DNA of 11,792 nt, from the NCBI GenBank assembly GCA_965644315.1, contig CBFFRQ010000113.1, positions 1 through 11,792 on the forward strand, read 5' to 3'. The stretch comes from Caecitellus pseudoparvulus. Lineage: Eukaryota > Protista > Bigyra: Bicosoecida. Made by a program: the position numbers and the translations under genes. Under the pieces are notes generated by a model. The model had not been told where the DNA came from. It made no database searches and saw only the letters and a program-made list of their open reading frames with translations. Each line of letters opens with the position of its first letter. Within the stretch, counting starts at the first letter, position 1. Below are positions 5,393 to 11,792 of the stretch, piece by piece.

Positions 5393-8205
5393 GCGCCACC
5401 GAGGGCTCTAACTCTACGCCTTGGTCCTTCATGTAGCTGGGGGACAAACGTGCCATAGGCCCTAAGTCTGCGTACCGGTCCTCCAAGTTGCTGGGGGGCA
5501 TTCCTGCTGGCCACACAAGCACACAGCATCACGCCCCTTCTAGCACATACAACCCGAACCCTCCCCCAGAAGTCCTCCAGATCGAGACCATCAAAGACCT
5601 GGACGCCCTTCTTTCGCGCTTTGCGCTTTGTGTCGGGTGATGGTACGTGTGTCATGGCAACGAAAGCTCCACCATCCTCGAAGCGGACAGTTTCACTATC
5701 GAAGAACTCCTTGAGCTTCACTGCTACCAAGCGCTTGTCATCCAACACACCCCAGTCGATACTGTGAGCAATAATTGCGACAGCAATGATGTCCCACACC
5801 GCCCTGACCACTGGCAGGTGAATGTTCTCCAGATCAGCTGCCTTTCCAATTTTGAAGTTCTTCACACCCAAGAGTTTGGCAACTGCACCCCGGGTGCAGT
5901 TACTTGCCGTTTCTTCCTGCTTCTCGCTCCTGAGTGTATCTTGAGTGGCACGCTTAACCTGAACTCGCGCGACCTTGCAAGACACTTTCTGCCCAGCAAC
6001 ACTGGGAAGCACTCCGATAAGGTCAGCTCCGTTTTCATCAGGCGATTCTTTCACCCAGACACCACCCTGAGTAAGGGTCAAGCGTACCCTCAGTTCTGTA
6101 GGAGCCATCTTCAGCGACTCGCACGCAGCCTCTGCACGGGCAAGCCAGCTCTCACCATCTTCATAAGCTGCTCCCCCTCCCCCAGCGCCTGCACCTGCAT
6201 GTGCAGTGGCTCTGCTCTCTGCATACAAGGCCTCTGATTGACGCGTGCCTCTAACGTTCGATCTCCGCCGCCCAACGAACAACTCCACAAGCTCTCCAGC
6301 TTCTGAGTCATCGCTGCAGCACCACACTGACTCGGGGGTGGGCCGCACAAGCACACCTCCCTTGGGACTCTGCGTCCTCGCAAAGACAAGGGCCATGGGC
6401 ATCTCGGCCTGCTTGCCAAACCCACCACCCCGCATCCACTTAATGATATCAGGGTGCACACCCCCACACAAGTTCTGGCGGTACACGTGCAGGCTCCCCA
6501 GGCCCAGACCACGGGGGTGCAGAGTCAACCACCCAGCATCCAAGGCGGTGTTGATGCACTGCAGGGCAGTCGGAATGGTAAGGGCAGGTGCCGGGCGAGC
6601 GGCACCGTAGCCTGCTGCAACTGCAGCCTGTCGTGCCTGGCGGGGGATGTTCACTTCCAGGGTACTTTCCAGCTCTGTCCTGGTCACGGTGTACTGCCCA
6701 GAGCGGAAGGTGAGCAGGGTGTCCTTGGCCAGCTGCACTTGCTTGGCATCTGACAGGATCTCGTGGAAGGTATCCAGCAGCAGGACTAGCGAGGGGGCAT
6801 ACTCGCTCGAGTCGGCCTCCCCTGCAGCTTCCTCCGTGGCTACTGGCCATGTCCATGGCTCCCGACATGCGCGAACAAGCTTGCGCGCCGCGTTGGCGAG
6901 ATCTCGGGGTGTTTGCCCGTACTGCTCCATGATGTGTACCAGGAAAGCGTCCAGCTTCTCTGCAGAGCTTGCTCCAGCATCCCCCTTCCAGCCCCCCAGG
7001 CACAGCTTATCGAGATCCCTCGCCACCCGAAGCGCTGCTTCTGACGGCTGCTGGCCAAGGTGGCGCTGGAAGAGGGAGAATGTCCTGTCCACTTTCCTGC
7101 CCGCGTGTGTGAGGAGGAAGGCCATGAGGGATGTGCCGCTCCAGGCAGGCCCCCCCACGCGAATGTACCTAAGCAAGGATCCTTTCCAGTTCTTTCGCAG
7201 CTCGTGATGTGTGAAATGGGGCGGGAACTCATGAGGCCGCCCGTCGTAAGCGAACAGCTGCTGAGCCCGCTGGAAGGCTGTGCACAGGACCACGCCAACA
7301 GCAGGGTTCTTCAACGACAGTAGCCACCGCAGCTGCGAGCACCACAGGTCTGCACATTCCCGTGTGAAGTGGTCACCCTGGAACAGGCAGTCGGCGTCAT
7401 CAATGAGCACAATGACGGCGATGTTGGCTTCTCTCAGTACGGCGCTCGCCAGGCACAGGTGACCCGTCGTGCCAGCACCAGTCAGAGCTGCACACACCCG
7501 ACGCGACAGCTCTGCGGAGGCAGCGCTGCCGGTACCGCCTTCTGCTGACACCGCGGCCAGAAGATGCTCCACATTTACCGTCTGGCGAGGGCCGCCACGT
7601 GCAGAGCTGGCCAGCAGCCGCAGCACCTCCGTGACAGGCGCGTACTCTTTCAGCTTTGAGAGCTTTCCTGCGACTGACCCGAGCAGCCACTCATAAAAGC
7701 TACTAGTGTCAGACGGCTCACGGGCCCCAAGGTCGATGCTGCAGCACAGGGTGTGCCCGCCACCCGCTCTGGGGTTCCTCACAACCACCTGCCTTGCAAA
7801 TGCCTTCTGCAAGTGGGTCTTCCCAACGCCGCTGGGACCTGTCAAGAGGTAGGCCTGGGGCCCTGTGGGCTGACTGTGCAGTTCCTCCACCATATACGTC
7901 AGATTTTGTAAGGCTGGCCGCAGGTGGTCTATGGGCACGAAGGGGTGGGTGGTGTCGGCTGCCATGTCAGCCAACCAGGCTTTGTCATCCTCGGACATTG
8001 CTTCGTAGCTCCGAAAGACATCGCCCATTGCGAGCTGTGGGCCTTGTCTTGCCATTGCCTCGGCAATTCTTTGTGAGCGCCGTGGTAGTGGACCCCCAGT
8101 GTCTTCCTTGGATTCGCGCTGTTGGGTTCGCAAGGGCAGCCCCGCAGCGCAAAGTTCCTCGAAAGAGAACGGGGCGCTAGACCCGGCACCAGCAGCAGCC
8201 GCCAT
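5353..8205 (-). CDS. P-loop (AAA+/STAND-like) NTPase fused to a C-terminal Mrr-like PD-(D/E)xK restriction-endonuclease-fold domain; Crinkler/RHS (CR) effector-like, ~950 aa
   Basis: Walker A YLLTGPSGVGKT (7816-7839), Walker B IAVIVLIDDAD (7396-7401) and sensor-2-like YGQTPRDL (R at 6904-6906). Nuclease motifs: GKQAE helix, ESPDENGADLIG (D at 6022-6024), RVQVK (5953-5961) and FVAMTH..KARKKGVQVFDGLDL, the order seen in Mrr_cat-type domains. The start is moved from the track's GTG at 8286 (a splice donor) to the ATG at 8205. The extreme C-terminus is uncertain. Confidence 0.8.
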   Translation of the reverse strand: MAAAAGAGSSAPFSFEELCAAGLPLRTQQRESKEDTGGPLPRRSQRIAEAMARQGPQLAMGDVFRSYEAMSEDDKAWLADMAADTTHPFVPIDHLRPALQNLTYMVEELHSQPTGPQAYLLTGPSGVGKTHLQKAFARQVVVRNPRAGGGHTLCCSIDLGAREPSDTSSFYEWLLGSVAGKLSKLKEYAPVTEVLRLLASSARGGPRQTVNVEHLLAAVSAEGGTGSAASAELSRRVCAALTGAGTTGHLCLASAVLREANIAVIVLIDDADCLFQGDHFTRECADLWCSQLRWLLSLKNPAVGVVLCTAFQRAQQLFAYDGRPHEFPPHFTHHELRKNWKGSLLRYIRVGGPAWSGTSLMAFLLTHAGRKVDRTFSLFQRHLGQQPSEAALRVARDLDKLCLGGWKGDAGASSAEKLDAFLVHIMEQYGQTPRDLANAARKLVRACREPWTWPVATEEAAGEADSSEYAPSLVLLLDTFHEILSDAKQVQLAKDTLLTFRSGQYTVTRTELESTLEVNIPRQARQAAVAAGYGAARPAPALTIPTALQCINTALDAGWLTLHPRGLGLGSLHVYRQNLCGGVHPDIIKWMRGGGFGKQAEMPMALVFARTQSPKGGVLVRPTPESVWCCSDDSEAGELVELFVGRRRSNVRGTRQSEALYAESRATAHAGAGAGGGGAAYEDGESWLARAEAACESLKMAPTELRVRLTLTQGGVWVKESPDENGADLIGVLPSVAGQKVSCKVARVQVKRATQDTLRSEKQEETASNCTRGAVAKLLGVKNFKIGKAADLENIHLPVVRAVWDIIAVAIIAHSIDWGVLDDKRLVAVKLKEFFDSETVRFEDGGAFVAMTHVPSPDTKRKARKKGVQVFDGLDLEDFWGRVRVVCARRGVMLCACVASRNAPQQLGGPVRRLRAYGTFVPQLHEGPRRRVRALGGASRRPNGHQRGRL
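6304..8007. repeat. Duplicated coding block, copy 2 (pairs with 2528-4231)
   Basis: Near-identical to 2528-4231 at offset 3776. Confidence 0.95.
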
Positions 8206-8208
8206 CCT

Positions 8209-8286
8209 CTGTGACAACGCAAGGTCATAGTACCACGCATGAGGATTTATGAGCCACGCCACGACATGCCGCAAAACTGCACTCAC
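8209..8286 (-). other. Predicted 5'UTR intron of the long paralogue (78 nt)
   Basis: On the - strand: CA|GTGAGTG donor at 8286 and GCGTTGTCACAG|AGG-ATG acceptor at 8209. The short copy has the same layout. An in-frame TGA at 8302-8304 makes the upstream exon non-coding. Confidence 0.7.
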
Positions 8287-8540
8287 TGCTAATTTTGAGT
8301 GTCAAAAAACCAATTTTTCGGTGTAGCCAAGAGGAATGGCCACAGGTACGCTAGATACGGCTCTTGCAAAGTTGCAATTTGCGGAAATTGAGCCTGCTCC
8401 AAGTCACACCGCAAACGTGCAGTGTGCGCCGGAAGAGGGCTAGCCAGTCGCAGGCAAGGCCGGGAAAGAGTATGTTGGCACAGGAAAAGTGCACAGGATT
8501 GGTCGGTGAAAGGCGAGCGGCATCTGAAATGTGTCCGGTT
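8287..8540 (-). promoter_or_regulatory. Copy C of the promoter/5'UTR cassette
   Basis: TGCGGAAATTGA at 8380-8391, GCAGTGTGCGC at 8419, GTTGGCACAGG at 8474 and ATTGG (CCAAT) at 8498. Confidence 0.75.
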
Positions 8541-8769
8541 TGGCCAGGCTTGATCAGCAAGTGTTGCCTCAGCAGAGCACACGGCCACCGCCCCCCTCCT
8601 GAAAGCACCGGCCCGCGCAGAGCGGCTCTTCTCCGGCTTGAAACTTATCGCATACCTGACACACATTTTGCCGGGGCATTGTCCGCACATAGAGCTTAAT
8701 CCAGTAGCTTTGATTGCAAGACACGGTGGCTCGCTCCCAGCTTGGCACAGGTCCACTCAATGGCAGGGT

Positions 8770-11700
8770 TTACGTTTTGCCTCGCTTTGGTCTGGATGAT
8801 GCTGCGGTGGCCCGATCGGCTTCGCGGGTGGCCGCCTCCTCTTCTGCCATGGCAAGCCTTTCAGCCGCGGCCGCCGCTGCTGCTGCCTGGAGCGCCAGGA
8901 GTTCAGGCTTGGCACGGGCAGCCGTGCTGCTCACCCACCCATACAAGTCCAGCAAGATCTTGTGCAGGGTCGCTGTGCTGGGACCAGGCAGCGCAGCGGA
9001 GTCTTGGGCGTCTTGCGCCACGGCCTGGGCTTCAGCGGCAGACATGAGAGCTGTGCGTCTCACGCGTGGAAGGGGCCCCAGGCCTTCCACGGGAGAGTCT
9101 CCGTGTGGGGCTTCTTCGCCCTCTTCCTGCGGAACCTGGGAAGGCAAGCGGTCAAGAAGGTTCGCTCGGCGGCGCCACAGGCCCAGCAGGCGGCCGAAAT
9201 TTACCTGTCCCCGAACATCGGACATGGCTTGAAACAGCACGCCACGCATGATGTCATCACCGTCCTTGACTGAGGCAGCGACATCCCTGTCGGCAAGAGC
9301 TGTGTAAAGCGCGACCTCCTCATCGGCCTCTCCCCGAAGTATCTGTGCGCGGGCAGCCATGTCAGACACGTACAGCGAAAGCTGAGAGCCGTGCTGTGCC
9401 GACACGTTGTGCCAGCCCACCTGCAGCCCAGTTTCACTGCGTGCAAGTGTTCTTGAAGCAGAAACAGCGGCTAGGTGCTGCTCAACCTCCGCCTCTGCTC
9501 GGCTCGCCAGTCCTGCTGCATCGCCGCCTTGAGCCGCGGCCGCTGCGGCTGCATCCGCCAATGCAACGGGCGTAGGCTTCGCGTGGAGTCCCATGCCTTG
9601 GAACCACAACCGCACACCTTCACTCCCAGCCGCAACATGGGGCAACAGCGCCGACGTTTCCGACTGAGCGGAAGTCAGGGGATCACGCCACTCGCGATTC
9701 GCTGTGAGAGTCATGGGAGGCGGGGGGGGCTCCTCACTCGCTCCTCCCCGTTTGCCCTTGCCCTTCTTGCGGCTTCGTGGGGTGCCTGCTTCCTGTGCCG
9801 GCTCTGGCTGAATCTCAGGCGATGCGGCCTCGGGACTCAGCTCAGGAGCCACAGCTTGGATCACACCTGCTGGGAGGGCGGGGTGAACATCTTCGTGCAT
9901 CACTACGCTAAGCTCCGTGCCAGCGCCAGCGTTGGGGGGCGCTGCAACTCCTTCTGATGCTGCCGAGGAAGAGCCAGGCGATGCTGCTGCATCTGACGCC
10001 GCTTGCAGCGCTAAATGCAGAGCATCCAGGTCATCATGGTCAGGCCATGCGGCGATGCCCCAGCCCTTGCCAACAGTGGTGGCGAAGGCTCTGATGTCTG
10101 GAACGGCGAAGTCTCGCCCCCCCTGGACCTCGGGTGCCCACAGATCACGGCTCTCAACATCTTCAATGTCACTGGGCGCTGCTGGGTTGTCTGCAAAAGC
10201 CTTGGACGTCGGCGAAGGGCCTGTCACACACATCCACGCCATGAATGCCCGCCAGTCGACAAGTCGGGAAAAGTTCACAGGAGGGTGAAGGGTTGCCATG
10301 GCAGCGGCAGCAGCACTCGCGCGGGCTGCTTCCAAGCGCTGCTGTGGTGATAGGCTTGTAGCCGAGCCTGCACCCGTGTTGTGAGTGCCATCCGCAGGAC
10401 TTTCTGCGGAGGTGCTCGTTTCCGTCGACGCGAAATTTGCCCCGGCAGCAGCAGCAGCCGCAGCTGGAGCGGCTGCAAGCTCTGGCACTGGGCTCTCAAC
10501 TGCAGGAGCACTCTGGCCCTCAACAAAGGCGACGTCCCAGTCGATCCAAACAGCTCCTGGCGCCGAAACGGGCACTGGCTTAACTTCATGCACAATGCCT
10601 GAACTTGTCACGTCGCCAGCGATGGGTGGCCACACACCCTGAGCAAACTGCTCCTGCACCACACTGGCAGGGGTGGACAGCTCAGCGGGCGGAGACGGCG
10701 GCTCTCCGGCTTTGCCCTCCGGCACGTCATCATGCCCTGAGACATCACTGCTGCCCTCCACACTGGGGCCTTCCAGGCAAGCCTGCAGCGCTTGATGTAA
10801 AGCGAGTTGCAGGTCTCGCCGAGGTGCCGTGGTGGGACAGGCGGCTGGCAGGTCCAGGACACTGGTATCACCCCAGGTGTGCACAAGAGCCTCCCACTCT
10901 TCGGCATCCATGGCGAGAGGCGCTTGCCTGTGAAGCAGGGGGTGATGCAGAACAACCTTGGTCCTGGGTCGAATGCCGGCGGGCTCCTCCCAGGGCCAGT
11001 CTGCAGGGCCGGGGCACAGTCTGGAGAAGCGTTGGAGAGTACTTTCCCCGGCATCGGCCTCGTCGCTTGCCTTGCCTTCTCCTGCTGCATCCCCTACTTG
11101 CTCGCTAGCACCGGCGCCCAGGGACGTTTTGCTGGTGTCGTGAATCATGCCAGCGTCTTCGGCAGAGACATCCTCCACAGGGAGCACTGAAGAGGACTGA
11201 GCGGTGGAGTCTGCTGCAAGACCGCCACTCTCTGCCCCAGCGCCCAGTACTGTGCTTGCCAGGGGTGACAGCAGAGAGCCTTGAGTGGGTAGAAGTGCAG
11301 ACAGTTGCTGAGCATCCAGTGGGGAGCCAGCGACACACCGGCGGCTGGGGCCGTGACTTGCCTCCGCGTCCATCACTGATCCCGCATCGTCTGCACTGTA
11401 CACGCTTGAGCCGGAGGGCATCCGGCGGAGGGACCGTGGGGTGGCCCCTGAAGCCTCGTCGCCCCCTTCGCCGGCGTCTGTGGCAGCATCTGATGGGAGG
11501 GGGCCCAGGCCGTCTTCATCCTCACCGTCTTCTGCCGCCTGCCGCCCACTGGCGCTGGCCTTGCGCATGGCCACCACTTCAGCGATGGTGATGCCCAGCC
11601 GTTCAGCCTCCTCTGCATCGGCCTTCGCCTGTGCTTCGCGCTCCTCCTTCACCAAGCGCTCCACTTCTTTCGCTTGCCACTTCGCGTACTGGATGCGGGC

Positions 11701-11792
11701 TTGCACGCTGGACTCAGGCTCCACCTCCACGTGCACGCTCCAGGACCCAAGGTCGTCCAGGGATGTGGCAAAGCAGAGTCCAAGCTCTGCCA
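8770..11792 (-). CDS. 3' part of a large Ala/Glu/Ser-rich protein, possibly SPEF2/CPC1 (flagellar central-pair) like; truncated at the window edge
   Basis: The frame is open from the window edge (..AELGLCFATSLDDLGSWSVHVEVEP..) to TAA at 8770-8772, more than 1000 codons. Ordered motifs LVDWRAFM, AWPDHDDLDAL, VRLWFQ, VLFQAMSDVRGQVNFGRLL and STATLHKIL recall the degenerate EF-hand C-terminus of SPEF2, separated by low-complexity inserts. Coding status is secure; the family call is tentative (~0.4). Confidence 0.75.
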   Translation of the reverse strand, partial: AELGLCFATSLDDLGSWSVHVEVEPESSVQARIQYAKWQAKEVERLVKEEREAQAKADAEEAERLGITIAEVVAMRKASASGRQAAEDGEDEDGLGPLPSDAATDAGEGGDEASGATPRSLRRMPSGSSVYSADDAGSVMDAEASHGPSRRCVAGSPLDAQQLSALLPTQGSLLSPLASTVLGAGAESGGLAADSTAQSSSVLPVEDVSAEDAGMIHDTSKTSLGAGASEQVGDAAGEGKASDEADAGESTLQRFSRLCPGPADWPWEEPAGIRPRTKVVLHHPLLHRQAPLAMDAEEWEALVHTWGDTSVLDLPAACPTTAPRRDLQLALHQALQACLEGPSVEGSSDVSGHDDVPEGKAGEPPSPPAELSTPASVVQEQFAQGVWPPIAGDVTSSGIVHEVKPVPVSAPGAVWIDWDVAFVEGQSAPAVESPVPELAAAPAAAAAAAGANFASTETSTSAESPADGTHNTGAGSATSLSPQQRLEAARASAAAAAMATLHPPVNFSRLVDWRAFMAWMCVTGPSPTSKAFADNPAAPSDIEDVESRDLWAPEVQGGRDFAVPDIRAFATTVGKGWGIAAWPDHDDLDALHLALQAASDAAASPGSSSAASEGVAAPPNAGAGTELSVVMHEDVHPALPAGVIQAVAPELSPEAASPEIQPEPAQEAGTPRSRKKGKGKRGGASEEPPPPPMTLTANREWRDPLTSAQSETSALLPHVAAGSEGVRLWFQGMGLHAKPTPVALADAAAAAAAQGGDAAGLASRAEAEVEQHLAAVSASRTLARSETGLQVGWHNVSAQHGSQLSLYVSDMAARAQILRGEADEEVALYTALADRDVAASVKDGDDIMRGVLFQAMSDVRGQVNFGRLLGLWRRRANLLDRLPSQVPQEEGEEAPHGDSPVEGLGPLPRVRRTALMSAAEAQAVAQDAQDSAALPGPSTATLHKILLDLYGWVSSTAARAKPELLALQAAAAAAAAERLAMAEEEAATREADRATAASSRPKRGKT

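Noticed and set aside
2678-7696. Many antisense and alternative-frame ORFs overlapping the NTPase genes, several occurring twice
   Set aside because: Expected shadow ORFs in GC-rich coding DNA. Their repetition simply reflects the DNA duplication.
8206-8286. Track start at GTG 8286 giving a 977 aa protein (MSAVLRHVVAW...)
   Set aside because: The GTG is the GTGAGT splice donor conserved in all three cassette copies, so this segment is better explained as an intron.
2260-8540. Interpretation as an LTR element or TIR transposon
   Set aside because: No RT, integrase or DDE motifs, and no terminal inverted repeats or target-site duplications were found by eye. The repeats are gene-unit duplications. 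A transposon ancestry for the NTPase+REase module is not excluded.
8289-8756. 155 aa - strand ORF (and the 14-454 ORF) over the promoter cassettes
   Set aside because: Indels of 1-2 nt between cassette copies break frame conservation, and no protein motifs were seen.
1-11792. CRISPR array, tRNA or rRNA genes
   Set aside because: No regularly spaced short repeats or recognisable structural RNA signatures. The GCA/GCT runs are poly-Ala codons.

Overview
GC-rich eukaryotic genomic DNA with spliceosomal GT-AG introns, probably from a flagellated protist (a stramenopile is an unverified guess). Left to right: (1) the promoter, 5'UTR and intron start of a leftward gene lying outside the window (1-310); (2) a two-exon + strand gene (630-1049, 1266-2033) for a ~395 aa protein with MA3(MI)- and W2-like domains, resembling the C-terminal part of eIF4G without MIF4G; (3) a tandem pair of - strand paralogues. 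The full-length copy (5353-8205, ~950 aa) is a P-loop NTPase fused to an Mrr-like PD-(D/E)xK nuclease, the architecture of Crinkler/RHS (CR)-type NTPase+REase effectors. The shorter copy (2504-4327, 607 aa) is an intact ORF, near-identical over ~1.65 kb, but it has lost the nuclease core and carries Walker B D->K and putative sensor-2 R->Q changes; (4) the 3' part of a long Ala-rich gene with SPEF2/CPC1-like C-terminal motifs (8770 to the window end). The most interesting feature is the pair: an apparently active nuclease-NTPase beside an apparently disarmed twin, each with a copy of a conserved ~310 bp promoter/5'UTR-intron cassette that occurs three times in the window. All domain calls come from motif recognition by eye, not from database searches.
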